NCBI GenBank assembly: GCA_963662465.1
Contig: OY759599.1
Span: forward strand, 2,848,001 to 2,912,000
Source of the DNA: Desulfatiglandales bacterium
GTDB taxonomy: Bacteria > Desulfobacterota > DSM-4660 > Desulfatiglandales > Desulfatiglandaceae
DNA length: 64,000 bases
Reading direction: 5' to 3'
Shown here piece after piece: positions 1 through 10,579 of this stretch. The notes under the pieces are model-generated. The model searched no databases and had not been told where the DNA came from. It saw only the letters and a list, made by a program, of their open reading frames with translations. How positions within the stretch are numbered: the first letter of the stretch is position 1; the number at the start of each line of letters is the position of its first letter. The position numbers and the translations under genes are program-made.

Positions 1-681
1 AATGGTGCTCCCAGAAGGATCAACATTAGTCCTGTTAACTTGGATAAGCCTTTCATGACATTTTTCCTCCATTTCCCCGGTTCAGCGAATCCCCTTCTTG
101 AGCCAAACCAAGGGTATGACTTCGCATTGGCAATCGGCCATTGTGCGATTCACTTTGTTTTGATGGCGTTGTAAAAAAAGTCCATAGCAAATCTCTTATT
201 TTATTATCATCCGGCGGGCTCATTCCACATCCTATTCCCAATCCTAATATTATGATGTAATTCACATAAATATTGATGGGGCGTGTTTCATTATCCCCAC
301 CCTTAGCAATGGTGTGTGTGCTCGCCAGCAGGTTTTTTGTGTGTTGGGTGGAATTCTGGTTCTTTGAACATGAGTCTACGTAAGCGCTGTTATCATCAGC
401 GCCCTCCCTTGTAGTGTGGTTATATGTTCCATTTTCGCTGGTCATGAATCGTTTCCGGCAATGCCGTCGCGTATCCTTGAACTGATCCAACTCCGCCGCC
501 GACAGGTGGCAAGCATCCGTTTAGCGCCCGGTTCAACAGTTCTGAGCTTCATGCCTCCAGCGCGATTTCCTTGCTGACCGTGGCGTTGCATATTCCGTTT
601 CCGCAGTGTTCATTTCGCGCGGGAGTCGCATCGATGTGGGAGCACCATCGTTCCGTTCGCGCCACCGGCCAGCCCGCCGCC

Positions 682-3600
682 TCACTCCATAGTCAACCCC
701 ATGTTCAGAAAGGGTTGGCACAAGTTGTCTGATTGCGAAGCGCCGCCGGCGTTTGGCGTTTCGGTGACCGTGTAGTGAACATACATCCCGAGTCCGGCAT
801 TATGCATCGACGCGTCGACGAGGAATTCGAAGACCGGATCGCTGGAAGGCCCATAGATCATTTCGTAATCCTTGCCTTCGTCATCTGTCCAACCGAGGAT
901 CGCCTCGTATGTCAATTCGCTGGAGATGGAGAGCGTGGCGTCTCCGATGTCTAGAGAAGCGACGCTGACGGCGGCGGGCGATTCGATGCGAAGCCAACGC
1001 GGATACGGTCCCCAAATCACCGAGTCGATGATCAGCATGTTTCCATTGTTAAGGCCGGCATGCCATCGGTCCCTCTCGGTTATTAGGCCTCCATCGACCG
1101 TTACGGGCCCGATGGCGATCTCCGGGAAGTCCACGTAGTAAGCGTAGCTGCCACTATAATTTCCGGTGACATTCCAGGCGCCAAAGTCCACAGCGCCTGC
1201 CTTGGCGAGGCCCATCGCTATGCGGAAGGGTTTCTTCTCATCCGGCGCGGCGCTATCGTCGTGGGATGTGATCAGCGAGACATATTTCCACCCGGCGTCG
1301 AGTGTCGTCGCCGCGGAGGGCACTTCAAAATATGCCGGGTCATCGCCCTGAACCTGCGTCGAAACCAGCGAAGGCTTATCTGATTTCGAGTAACGAAGGA
1401 GAGCAAAGGCGGTGGATTTTGGGCTGCGCAAACTGACGACATACGATTCCGCGGGGTCGATTCCCGAGCCAATGTGCGAGTAGGCTTGATACAGCGCGCT
1501 GCCGATGGGGGCAACTTCGGATTCAGAGACGACGTATTTGCTGCACGTCGGATCGAAACAGAAGGTTTTCTTGACCAGGGATGAAATCAATCCGCTGTAA
1601 TCAAAGGGATAGACCTTGCCGGTCAGGATCGCCTGGTAGCAGGAGTCCAGCCAAAGGAAGCCTGACATTGTGGACGCCCGGCCCAAGGCATCGATGGGCT
1701 TTTTCCCGGCGTAAATTCCCTCGTACATTTTCCGCAGGGTGGAGAACCCACCGTAGCTGGGGCTGTTTTGCAGAAATCGGATGACCGATGCGCTGCCGTA
1801 CCCGTGGGCGGCGATCTCCTTGGTGGTGAGGCCGGCTTCTGGTGCCAGGCTGGCAAAGGGCGCCGTCATGTCGCCTACCGTCTGGGAGGGAATGTATTCG
1901 CCCGGCGTGCCGACGAAAAGTTCCTCGGCCCATGACGAGGCCGCTTCGTCAAGCCACAAATGTGGTGCTTTCCACTTGGCGGCGCTGTAGCGGTTGCGTG
2001 GATCGTAGAGCGACTGCACAAGGTGGAAGAACTCATGCCCGGCCGTCGCGCGGCGATTTTCGCCCTGCTCCAGAATGTTTACATTAATCGTCAACATGCC
2101 GTAATTCATACCGAACACATCGTTTGTTTGATAACCATGAGTGCTGCCCATGCCACCCTTGACGCAAACGCTGACGGGCCACTTTGTGCGACGCGCGTAA
2201 CTGAATCCGAGGTCCGGTTGCTTAAAGCGCGTGTACGCATCTTCCAGATCGTGGCCGAGATTCTCGATCAACTCCGGTTGCGTCGATGCGGGAAAACCGA
2301 TGTTGAAGTGGTTCGTTACATACGTGTAGTATCCGCCAAGAACGCCTGCGTTGAATTCAAATTCCCCGTCAGCCTCTCCCGCGCGGGCCGAGTCGTGGGA
2401 GACTTCGTTCGCGAGAACCGTACCGGGGGCGATGTCGTCGGGCACCGGGATTGTCAACAGAAAATAGTCTTCCTGTTCCGCATCCGGTTCGAGGATTGCG
2501 TAGCCGGTCTCCGTGCCCCCCAGGGAGCGCGCATAGCCTACCGTGCCAAGGACAATCAGCGGTGGTGTAGTGTAATCCGTGCGCGTGTCGCGAAGCCAGA
2601 GTTGCAGCGGTTGGTGGTAGGTTCCGGGGATGCCCGTGACAGAGTAGCCAACGGGAAGTTCGCTGGTTTCAAAATCCTCAAGAGTACCCGCCGTGACGCG
2701 CACGAGGCCATATTTGTCAAAGGCGCCGGCGGGGATCGATAGGCGGAACCCGTCGATCTCCAGGTCACCGCCTGCCGGTCCGACCAGTTTCGCGCCGTCG
2801 GGCAGCGGACCGTAGTCGATACCAAGAATCACGTCGGCAATTGCCAGCACATCGTCCTGGGTCACGACGCCGTCGTAGTCAAGGTCCGCAACATCGAGCT
2901 CCGGCAAGATTGTGCCGTTCTTCATGCCGGCGCAGCGCAGCACGTCGGCGACGTCTATCAAGCCGTCGTGGTTTGCATCGCCCAGCAACGAGAAGGTGGA
3001 ACTCTCGATGATGGCGAGTTGCTCGGCGCTCCAGGGGGAACAGTCGCCGGCATCATCGACGGCTTGGACACTCCAATAGTAGGATCCCGTGGGAAGACCG
3101 GAAAGCGCATAGCCGGGGCCGCCGGGAATCCGGCAGGTGCCGAGGTCGCGCTCAGCGCCCGGAGAAACAACATCGCACCCGCCTGCTTTCCTGCCGACGC
3201 GTAGCCGATAGCGCAAACTTGCCGCCGGGGTTTCAGCATCCGTCGCCGCGTTCCATCGCATCGTCATTGCGCCCATTCCGATGTCGGCGGCCAGCCCATC
3301 GGGCGTGGTCGGCGGCGTGTTGGCCGTCTTCAACCCATCCGGATCGGCCGCGCGGTTGGTGACGACGGCACTGGTGAAGGAGAAATTGGGATGGTCACTA
3401 TCGACGATCGTAGAACCCGCATAGAAGGCATCCAGGTCGCCATCGTTGTCCATGTCGAAAATGCAGAGTGGACCCATCGCGATTTGCGTCAGAGGAGTTC
3501 CGGTGTTCTGGAAACTGCCATCCTCCTGTTGGACGAGAAAACGTACAGTGGGAATCTTACTGACCGAGTAGCCGGTGGATTGTTGGTGCGTACCGGTGTA

Positions 3601-5754
3601 GAAGAGGTCGAGCCGTCCATCGTTGTTGAAGTCAGCCCATCGCAACCGGGGATTTTCCTTGCCTGCGGGAAAACCGGACTGAACGAGCGTGAAGCGATCG
3701 CCGTCGTTGTGATAAATGCGCAAGTCGGGGTCCATGCGGAAACCGGTGCCGACTGCAACGCGGTGAGTTCCGATGATCGCCACGTCCGGGCGGCCGTCGC
3801 CGTCGTAGTCCCCGAAGGCCGTGCCGGCTTCGTACATCGGATCACCGCCGTCGATGAAGGGGAGCTCCTGGAAGGTGTCGTCGGGAAGGCGCACATTCCA
3901 GCCCCAGTCAAGAACACCATCTCCATTGATGTCGACGGGCGGACCGGGATAATGGGTCCGATCCGGCAGGGGATTGCCCCAATTCTTCCAATAGCCTCGG
4001 CCGTTGCCAAGGAAGACGAGACCCGGTGTGGCGATATCGAGTTCCCCGTCCCCATTCCAGTCCACCCAATCGATCTGGCTCGCGTTCGGATAATCGGAAA
4101 GCGGGATGTGAGTGAGGATTTCACGGAAATCCCCCCCGCCTTCGTTCGCGAAAACGACAATTTGCAATAAACGGGTCGTTGGATCGTACCATGCTCCAGC
4201 CAGGTCCGGGCGGCCGTCCTTGTTGAAATCGCCGAACGCGCAGCCTTCACTGCCGTACATTCCAACAAATCTGGCAAGCGGCTGCTGGTATGCCGTGAAG
4301 TTCCCCGCGCCATCGTTCAGGTAAACCTGCCAGTTCAACAACAGGTCCGTATCGCCGTCCCCGTCAATATCGGCGGACGTGGCGGCGGACGCGGCGGAGA
4401 CACTGAATGAGTGCTGCTCGCTTTCCAGGAGCGACGCATAGACGATGTCGCCGTAGGGGTTTTCCGTCATGTCGCGCGTGACGAGCGGAAGCCCCGGCGC
4501 GCGGATCGTACGTCCCGCGACGTCCTCCACCAGAAATTCGTGGATCGTCCCGAGCGCAATGTCTGGGTACATGGAAAGGTAGGCGTCCGTGACGCGCAAA
4601 CCGAGGGCCGCCGGTATTGTCGGAAACTCGTCCGTCAAATCAATGGCCGCGCGGCATTCGATGGGCCGCGTACCAATCATCTTGAGGGGTTGGCGCGACC
4701 AGTCGGGCGAGGCCCATTCGCCGGTCAGGAGAAGCATGCCCAACTCGGCGCGCCGAGAATGCGCAAAATCCAGAATCGCGAAGACGGCCGGTTTGTAGCC
4801 GATTCGATCCGTCATCGTGTAGAATTCCAGCGGATTGTGGCCGAGCACCGCGGGCCGTTCGGACATCCAATCGTAACCCATCCAGAAAAAGCCTGTCTGG
4901 CCGCGCTCGGGGCACTCCGTTCCCCAAAATGTTCCCCAGGAGTTCACAGCTAGAAACGCGCCGTGGCGGGTTTCCGTGCCGTTGAAGTACTCCCGATCGT
5001 CGTCGTAACCGATGAAGCAAACCGCATGTCCACCACGGAAGTTGCCGGATTGAGCGAAGATGACACTATTGTCTACCCCAGGACCGGAAATCGCGCCTCT
5101 CCCGTAGTAGGAATCAATGCTTTCCGTCACGTTGAGAACGCCGACCACCGGCTCGCCCGACGCGAGCATCGTCTTCAGCGTCGCGAAATTGTCATCCGGT
5201 GTTGTCGTGAACGTGGACCAGGACTTGGCGCGGAAGAGCGCCGCGCTCTTCCAGTCGTTCTCTTCCGGCATCGAGTCCAGTGATTGCCCCTCGGGGAATT
5301 CCTCGTACTTGCAGGTGCCGTGTTGGACGAGAAAATCGAAAGCGCGGGAGAATTGAATACCCGTGCTGGTATCGACTGCCAACATGTTGTAGGGCATTGC
5401 GGCACTGGGGACCTGAGACGTCAGGTTTGGATGCACCCAGTTGCGTTCCCGGGCCTCGTGCCAGCCCTTCAGATAGTAGCAACTTGCCCACGAGACACAG
5501 GAGCCGTATCGCTGCTGGCGAACGGAGGGGAGGAACTCGTGATTGATCCAGCGGGCGGGCAAGGGCAAATCCGCCGTGCGGCGGACAAGAATGGAATTGG
5601 CGGAAAGCGAGTGGGAGCGAGCCGCGTCCAGGTCCGCCTTCTCCGCCGGCAGCAACCCCATCGGCATCAGGCCGGGAGCGTCCTGCGCTGCGGCGCTTAT
5701 ACAAAAGATAGCACCAAGCGCCAATACAACCACGATCCAAATCATCTTCTTCAT
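682..5754 (-). CDS. Large secreted multidomain protease: papain C1A domain, FG-GAP/VCBS repeats, FN3-like, dockerin-like, ZU5-like and HEXXH metallopeptidase-like domains
   Basis: Signal peptide from ATG 5754 (MKKMIWIVVVLALG). C1A motifs QQRYGSCVSWA, GGHAVCFIGY, NSWG. Repeated DxDGDGxxD. GDANHDGLIDVAD/DLDYDGVVTQDD pair. HEFFH...WLDEA. The ORF-track extension to 5913 runs into a mobile-element end. Confidence 0.85.
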   Translation of the reverse strand: MKKMIWIVVVLALGAIFCISAAAQDAPGLMPMGLLPAEKADLDAARSHSLSANSILVRRTADLPLPARWINHEFLPSVRQQRYGSCVSWASCYYLKGWHEARERNWVHPNLTSQVPSAAMPYNMLAVDTSTGIQFSRAFDFLVQHGTCKYEEFPEGQSLDSMPEENDWKSAALFRAKSWSTFTTTPDDNFATLKTMLASGEPVVGVLNVTESIDSYYGRGAISGPGVDNSVIFAQSGNFRGGHAVCFIGYDDDREYFNGTETRHGAFLAVNSWGTFWGTECPERGQTGFFWMGYDWMSERPAVLGHNPLEFYTMTDRIGYKPAVFAILDFAHSRRAELGMLLLTGEWASPDWSRQPLKMIGTRPIECRAAIDLTDEFPTIPAALGLRVTDAYLSMYPDIALGTIHEFLVEDVAGRTIRAPGLPLVTRDMTENPYGDIVYASLLESEQHSFSVSAASAATSADIDGDGDTDLLLNWQVYLNDGAGNFTAYQQPLARFVGMYGSEGCAFGDFNKDGRPDLAGAWYDPTTRLLQIVVFANEGGGDFREILTHIPLSDYPNASQIDWVDWNGDGELDIATPGLVFLGNGRGYWKNWGNPLPDRTHYPGPPVDINGDGVLDWGWNVRLPDDTFQELPFIDGGDPMYEAGTAFGDYDGDGRPDVAIIGTHRVAVGTGFRMDPDLRIYHNDGDRFTLVQSGFPAGKENPRLRWADFNNDGRLDLFYTGTHQQSTGYSVSKIPTVRFLVQQEDGSFQNTGTPLTQIAMGPLCIFDMDNDGDLDAFYAGSTIVDSDHPNFSFTSAVVTNRAADPDGLKTANTPPTTPDGLAADIGMGAMTMRWNAATDAETPAASLRYRLRVGRKAGGCDVVSPGAERDLGTCRIPGGPGYALSGLPTGSYYWSVQAVDDAGDCSPWSAEQLAIIESSTFSLLGDANHDGLIDVADVLRCAGMKNGTILPELDVADLDYDGVVTQDDVLAIADVILGIDYGPLPDGAKLVGPAGGDLEIDGFRLSIPAGAFDKYGLVRVTAGTLEDFETSELPVGYSVTGIPGTYHQPLQLWLRDTRTDYTTPPLIVLGTVGYARSLGGTETGYAILEPDAEQEDYFLLTIPVPDDIAPGTVLANEVSHDSARAGEADGEFEFNAGVLGGYYTYVTNHFNIGFPASTQPELIENLGHDLEDAYTRFKQPDLGFSYARRTKWPVSVCVKGGMGSTHGYQTNDVFGMNYGMLTINVNILEQGENRRATAGHEFFHLVQSLYDPRNRYSAAKWKAPHLWLDEAASSWAEELFVGTPGEYIPSQTVGDMTAPFASLAPEAGLTTKEIAAHGYGSASVIRFLQNSPSYGGFSTLRKMYEGIYAGKKPIDALGRASTMSGFLWLDSCYQAILTGKVYPFDYSGLISSLVKKTFCFDPTCSKYVVSESEVAPIGSALYQAYSHIGSGIDPAESYVVSLRSPKSTAFALLRYSKSDKPSLVSTQVQGDDPAYFEVPSAATTLDAGWKYVSLITSHDDSAAPDEKKPFRIAMGLAKAGAVDFGAWNVTGNYSGSYAYYVDFPEIAIGPVTVDGGLITERDRWHAGLNNGNMLIIDSVIWGPYPRWLRIESPAAVSVASLDIGDATLSISSELTYEAILGWTDDEGKDYEMIYGPSSDPVFEFLVDASMHNAGLGMYVHYTVTETPNAGGASQSDNLCQPFLNMGLTME

Positions 5755-6365
5755 AATGCACCTTCTTTCGATTTGCCGTTCAACCGGGAAGCGTTTCGCC
5801 GTGCTCTCGCTTTCTTCAGGTGGGTGATAAGAAATCCCTTTTTTGGGATAAATTGAGTTATGTTGCGGCCTGCCATAACCCCCTGAAAAACCCTTAATTT
5901 TCGCCCTCGCCACGAAATATCGAGATTAAGCAATAAAAGCAATAGTTTATTTCATATTTTGAGCAACCCGTCTCTCCAAGAGACAACATAATATTTTTAC
6001 CTTATTCGCAGCTCTCCGTAAAGGGCTATTGTTTGCATGCCCCCGCTATAGACTGTCCAACCAGGCCATCAAATCCCCCTCATTTTCATAATGGAGTAAT
6101 TCATCTATCTTGGAACTTCAACGCTAATCAAAACTGAACCAAGTTTGCTAATGGAAATTGAACCATTGGCTGTCACCGCCGGTGAGTACGGCCCTCAGGT
6201 ATAGCGAACGATGAGGGATCCATAAGTGGCGGCAAAGGAGTCGTTGATGTAGATTTACTTTTCAATAAATTTTTAGAAAATCTATTTTCTTTGGATTTGG
6301 TTTTCTTCTTCCAAGACAGAGGCTTGGTTAAGTGGAAATGCGATTTACTTTGTAGAATGGATGGT

Positions 6366-6401
6366 GAAGGCCCGAAGTAGCCGCTTCGGGCCTTCTTTTT
6401 T
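6366..6401 (+). terminator. Intrinsic-terminator-like hairpin in the transposon leader
   Basis: GAAGGCCCGAAG-tagccg-CTTCGGGCCTTC followed by a T-run. Confidence 0.55.
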
Positions 6402-6477
6402 GACCACCGGATAGAGCCGGAAGCCACACACACGCCAATTTTATATAAGTGTGTTTCCGGCCAATTGCAAGGCCGGA

Positions 6478-6894
6478 ATGATGGGAGATGTCCTTTTAAG
6501 AGTGGTTCAATGCCGATGTTGTGGTTGCTTTTTTCACGTCTGTCGGTCGTGTTGGCGTGGCCAGGCCTATTGTGGGGAACGATGTCGCAGGATACGCCAA
6601 AGACAGCTGCACCGGAAAGCTCAGGGGAAATACCGCAATTCGAAAAAAGGGAAAGAGCGCCGTCGTTTGTACGAAAAAACAAAAAAATCCAAAAAAAATG
6701 GACTGAACCCTGGTGATGATAGTTCAACACCTCAAAAAGACTGTGATATTGAACCCAAAAAGCGGTCGGGGAACCGACCCAGCTGTCTTTTTTGCGGGTC
6801 GATCGGGGTTGTTGTGGACCATTTTCCTCGCCGTGCTTATGCAGGGAGGGTTTTTTCAGATGTAACAGGCTTTGAGAAAACCCCATATCCATGA
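6478..6894 (+). CDS. Cys-rich, basic Zn-finger-like protein
   Basis: CRCCG, CRSC, YCGERC and CLFCG motifs. First gene of the transposon operon. Confidence 0.65.
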   Translation: MMGDVLLRVVQCRCCGCFFHVCRSCWRGQAYCGERCRRIRQRQLHRKAQGKYRNSKKGKERRRLYEKTKKSKKNGLNPGDDSSTPQKDCDIEPKKRSGNRPSCLFCGSIGVVVDHFPRRAYAGRVFSDVTGFEKTPYP

Positions 6895-6906
6895 CAGGAG
6901 AAAAAA

Positions 6907-7326
6907 ATGATCAAAAAAAGAGTCCTTTTTCCCGAAAGAGTGCGTGTCATCAATGGAAGCTTCGGCTTTCTGGAGCATCGTTTTTTGAGAAACGGCTTTT
7001 GGGAGAGCCTGAATCATCATGAGCTGCTGCTCTACATTTTTCTGGTGTTGGTATCTGACAAAAACGGGCTCTCTTATTATGGTTACGACAGAATCTGCCG
7101 GATTTTAAAGGTGCATTTGGATCAATATATCGATGCCCGCGATGGCTTGTTGGACAAGGATCTGATTGGGTTTGATGGCCGTCTGTTTCAGGTTCTTTCG
7201 CTTCCCAGACGTCCTGTGATTGTGAAACAGGTAAAGGAGATCCGGCAAGGAAATTGGGTCAGTCTTGGAGAAACCATAGAGGAAATCTTTCGGGAGACTG
7301 GGTATGGAATCCATCCGAACCGTTGA
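6907..7326 (+). CDS. Winged-HTH-like hypothetical protein
   Basis: RBS AGGAG. LLLYIFLVLVSDKNGLSYYGYDRICRIL resembles wHTH/replication-initiator N-termini. Confidence 0.7.
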   Translation: MIKKRVLFPERVRVINGSFGFLEHRFLRNGFWESLNHHELLLYIFLVLVSDKNGLSYYGYDRICRILKVHLDQYIDARDGLLDKDLIGFDGRLFQVLSLPRRPVIVKQVKEIRQGNWVSLGETIEEIFRETGYGIHPNR

Positions 7327-8188
7327 TATTCATTTGCTGGAGTTGCGTTACGCTCATTGCCGGATAATGAATCACCAGGCTTTAAAGCGATTGAGGGATT
7401 CCATCGAAACTTACGGGCAGATCGTTCCGGCCCTGGCTATTGAAGAAAAAGACAAACTGATTCTGATTGATGGCTACCTGCGTGTTCGAGCGCTTTGTGC
7501 TTGTGGAAAGGACCGGATATGTGTCCAATTCTCAAAAGAAAACGAACAAAATGCCATGTTTTCGCTTTTAACCAAGGCCAATGAACGGCAATGGGAAGTC
7601 ATTGAGCAGTCTGTTTTACTTCAGGAATTACATCGGCGTTTTGGGTGCAGCCTCTCCCATATTGCAACCCGAATAGGGCGCGACAAGAGTTTTGTAAAAC
7701 GGCGGCTGGACCTGGTTGAAGCCCTGCCGGAAAATATTTTGAGAACCGTGATTGCAGGCTCACTTTCAACCTGGGCTGCCAGCCGTGTCATGGCGCCGTT
7801 GGCGCGCGCCAACGGTGAAGACGCACAAAAACTGTTGGCCCACCTGGAAAAAGAACCTCTATCCACAAGGGAACTGGCCCGTTTCTACGCACATTACCAA
7901 AAAAGCAACCGGTCTGTTCGAGACCACATGCTGGAAAATCCATCCCTTTTCATAAAAGTTCTCGAACAAAGAACCCAGTCTAAACAAGCCAAAGAAGTTC
8001 ATGATGGACCGGAAGGCAAATGGTTCAAGGATATTGAAATGGCATATGCGGTTCTCAAACGTCTGGTGAAAACCGTTTCGCATGTCCATTACCCAAAAAG
8101 CGATCAGTTGAAGAAAGAAACGCTCAAAACCTGGGTGAAAAAGATAGAAAAACAAGCACTGGAACTCAAGAAAGCGACCCAATTATGA
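7304..8188 (+). CDS. ParB/Spo0J N-terminal-domain protein with HTH
   Basis: LRDSIETYGQIVP, LIDGYLRVRA (ParB Box II-like), HTH SLSHIATRIGRDKSFVKRRL. Stop overlaps the istA start (ATGA). Confidence 0.85.
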   Translation: MESIRTVDIHLLELRYAHCRIMNHQALKRLRDSIETYGQIVPALAIEEKDKLILIDGYLRVRALCACGKDRICVQFSKENEQNAMFSLLTKANERQWEVIEQSVLLQELHRRFGCSLSHIATRIGRDKSFVKRRLDLVEALPENILRTVIAGSLSTWAASRVMAPLARANGEDAQKLLAHLEKEPLSTRELARFYAHYQKSNRSVRDHMLENPSLFIKVLEQRTQSKQAKEVHDGPEGKWFKDIEMAYAVLKRLVKTVSHVHYPKSDQLKKETLKTWVKKIEKQALELKKATQL

Positions 8189-9567
8189 TCCGACAATCCA
8201 AAAAAGATGCCATTGTGGAATTGAAAAAAACCGGCATGAGTTTGCGCGACATCGCCAAAACCCTGAAGGCCGGTCGCAATACCGTCACGAAGGTTTTAGA
8301 TGATCATGACGAAGAGGCGGTACCCCAAAGGAACTCCCGGTATGAAGAACATGTCCCGTTGATCCGCGAGCTTTTCAAGGAATGTAAAGGAAATGCCGTG
8401 CGAGTAGCCGAGGAACTGGAAAGCCGCCAACAGATCAAAATCCCTTATCAGAGTCTGACCTGGATTATGAGAAAGTACGAGATCCGGGAACGTAAAAAAA
8501 GACGGGCGGGCCAATACCATTTTAAACCCGGTCAGGAGATGCAGCATGATACGTCACCCCATCTGGTTGTCATTAATGGGAAAAAAATGTCGACCCAGTG
8601 CGCGTCCCTGACCCTGGCCTTTTGCCGAAGGATTTTTATTCAGTATTACCCCTGTTTTACCCGGTTTGAGTGCAAGGTTTTCCTAAAAAAAGCATTCGAG
8701 TTTATGGACGGGGTGTGTTCCCGGTGCATGGTTGACAACACCAATGTTATTGTGGCCGGCGGCACCGGGCCTGATGCATTGATTGCGCCTGAAATGAAAT
8801 ACTTCGGCGATATGTATGGAACCCGGTTTGAGGCCCATGCTGTAGGAGACGCCAATCGAAGTGCCCGTGTGGAAAGGCCTTTTCATTTTGTGGAAAACAA
8901 TTTTCTTCCCGGTAGAACATTTGTTAGCTGGCAGGATTTGAACCGGCAGGCAATCGACTGGTGCCGGAATACAAGCGATAAAAAGTTTAAACGGGCTTTA
9001 GGGATGACGCCGGATGAGGCCTATGTCATTGAAAAGCCATATCTCATTGATTTACCGGCATACCAGCCGCCAGTCTATGTGGCAGAACACAGGGTAGCCG
9101 ATGTTCAGGGATATGTGCACTTGGACACCAACCGCTATTCAGTCCCTGAAGCGCTGATTGGGAACTCCCTGGAAGTACAGAAACATTGGCTCAAGGTCAT
9201 CGTTTACGACAAAAACACAAAAGTGGCGGAACATGACCGCATACTGGATAAACGCAACACCCGAACAACCCTGCCCGGTCACCATGTTCCCATTCGAAGA
9301 AAAAAAGATCCCCGAATCCCTTCAAAAGAAGAACAGCTGTTGACGGGAGAGGATGCCATCCTGGATGAGTATGTGGCTGAACTGAAGAAAAGAAGTCACG
9401 GTCGCGGTGTGGTCAAGTTACGTCGGTTGCTTCATCTGAAACGCACTTATCCCGGGGAACCTTTTTTGAAAGCCATAACACAGGCGCTTAAATATGGACT
9501 TTTTGATTTGTCGCGTCTGGAAAACATTATTCTCGATTATATCGCGGGAGACTTTTTTGATCTATGA
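8185..9567 (+). CDS. istA: IS21-family DDE transposase
   Basis: N-terminal HTH, PGQEMQHD, VDN, RVERPF, C-terminal NRYSVP. Confidence 0.9.
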   Translation: MIRQSKKDAIVELKKTGMSLRDIAKTLKAGRNTVTKVLDDHDEEAVPQRNSRYEEHVPLIRELFKECKGNAVRVAEELESRQQIKIPYQSLTWIMRKYEIRERKKRRAGQYHFKPGQEMQHDTSPHLVVINGKKMSTQCASLTLAFCRRIFIQYYPCFTRFECKVFLKKAFEFMDGVCSRCMVDNTNVIVAGGTGPDALIAPEMKYFGDMYGTRFEAHAVGDANRSARVERPFHFVENNFLPGRTFVSWQDLNRQAIDWCRNTSDKKFKRALGMTPDEAYVIEKPYLIDLPAYQPPVYVAEHRVADVQGYVHLDTNRYSVPEALIGNSLEVQKHWLKVIVYDKNTKVAEHDRILDKRNTRTTLPGHHVPIRRKKDPRIPSKEEQLLTGEDAILDEYVAELKKRSHGRGVVKLRRLLHLKRTYPGEPFLKAITQALKYGLFDLSRLENIILDYIAGDFFDL

Positions 9568-10283
9568 AAAAGAAAATTGAACAGTTACTCATTGATTTGA
9601 AGTTTAAAGGCATGCTGAAGGCTCTCGAAGAACAGTTGGCTTCGGCTGAAAAGAACGGTTTTTCCATTCACGAGGTCATCTACAATCTCCTGGCTGAGGA
9701 ATTACGTTTCCGGCAGGAGCGCAGCATGATCTATCGGGTCCAGATTGCAAAGCTTCCATGGGAATGGACCCTCAACTCCTTTCCGTTTGATCTTCAGCCG
9801 GGAATACAGAAGAGCCGGATCATGACGTTGTCCGGCCTTGACTTTATCAGCCGAAGAGAAAACATCGTGTTCCATGGAAAAACCGGCGTCGGCAAAACGG
9901 GATTGGCCGTGGGGATCCTTCGTCAAGCCATTATTGCCGGGTACCGGGGGCGTTTTTATAATGTTCAGGATTTGCTGGATCAGCTCTATGCGTCTTTGGC
10001 AGATCGGTCCACCCCGAAACTCCTCAATGCCCTTTGCAGATATGACCTGCTTCTGCTCGATGAACTGGGATACCTGACCCTCAAAAAAGAGCAGATGAAC
10101 GCCTTTTTTAAACTCATGAAAGATCGCTATGAAGCCGGTCGGTCCACAATTATTACGACCAATCTTCAACCTGAACAATGGTATTCGCTGCTTGAACCAA
10201 AGGACATGGTCGATGCCTTGCTGGATCGTCTCAACCATCGCTGCATCAACATTCATATTGATGGTCCTTCCCTCAGAAAATGA
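9564..10283 (+). CDS. istB: IS21 helper AAA+ ATPase
   Basis: Walker A GKTGVGKT, Walker B LLLLDELG, TTN, ALLDRL. Confidence 0.93.
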   Translation: MKKKIEQLLIDLKFKGMLKALEEQLASAEKNGFSIHEVIYNLLAEELRFRQERSMIYRVQIAKLPWEWTLNSFPFDLQPGIQKSRIMTLSGLDFISRRENIVFHGKTGVGKTGLAVGILRQAIIAGYRGRFYNVQDLLDQLYASLADRSTPKLLNALCRYDLLLLDELGYLTLKKEQMNAFFKLMKDRYEAGRSTIITTNLQPEQWYSLLEPKDMVDALLDRLNHRCINIHIDGPSLRK

Positions 10284-10381
10284 GATGTTCGCCAAAGGGC
10301 CGGTTTTGAGGTCTGAATATCACCGGTCTGTTTGAATCTCGTTACACGAATATCAGAAATTACCTTGTCTTGGAGCTTGAA

Positions 10382-10579
10382 ATGAGAGGTGGAAAACGGG
10401 TAGGCGCCGGCCGAAGAAAGAAACCGGAACATTTGAGACGTGAACTGCTCACCATTCGTCTCCCCAAATGGATGATTCTACAGCTGAAAAAAAACGGGGA
10501 AATTGGATATTTGATTGAGGATCAATTGGCGAAGGGAGGCCTCCTGAATTTACCGGACGACTATGACATAGACAAATAG
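10382..10579 (+). CDS. Small basic putative DNA-binding protein (RHH-like)
   Basis: RGGKRVGAGR followed by TIRLP. Lies inside the transposon. Confidence 0.55.
   Translation: MRGGKRVGAGRRKKPEHLRRELLTIRLPKWMILQLKKNGEIGYLIEDQLAKGGLLNLPDDYDIDK

Noticed and set aside
53..490. 145-aa ORF
   Set aside because: No recognisable motif or RBS, so it cannot be supported.
478..540. attC-like site downstream of the protease
   Set aside because: GAAC/GTTC boxes are present but the arms do not pair convincingly.
733..5856. Many overlapping alternative-frame ORFs
   Set aside because: Expected shadows of a GC-rich gene.
5755..5913. N-terminal extension of the 1743-aa ORF
   Set aside because: It crosses the RIT end. 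The signal peptide and RBS point to ATG 5754.
6173..6892. 239-aa minus-strand ORF
   Set aside because: Antisense shadow of the Zn-finger gene and leader, with no motifs.
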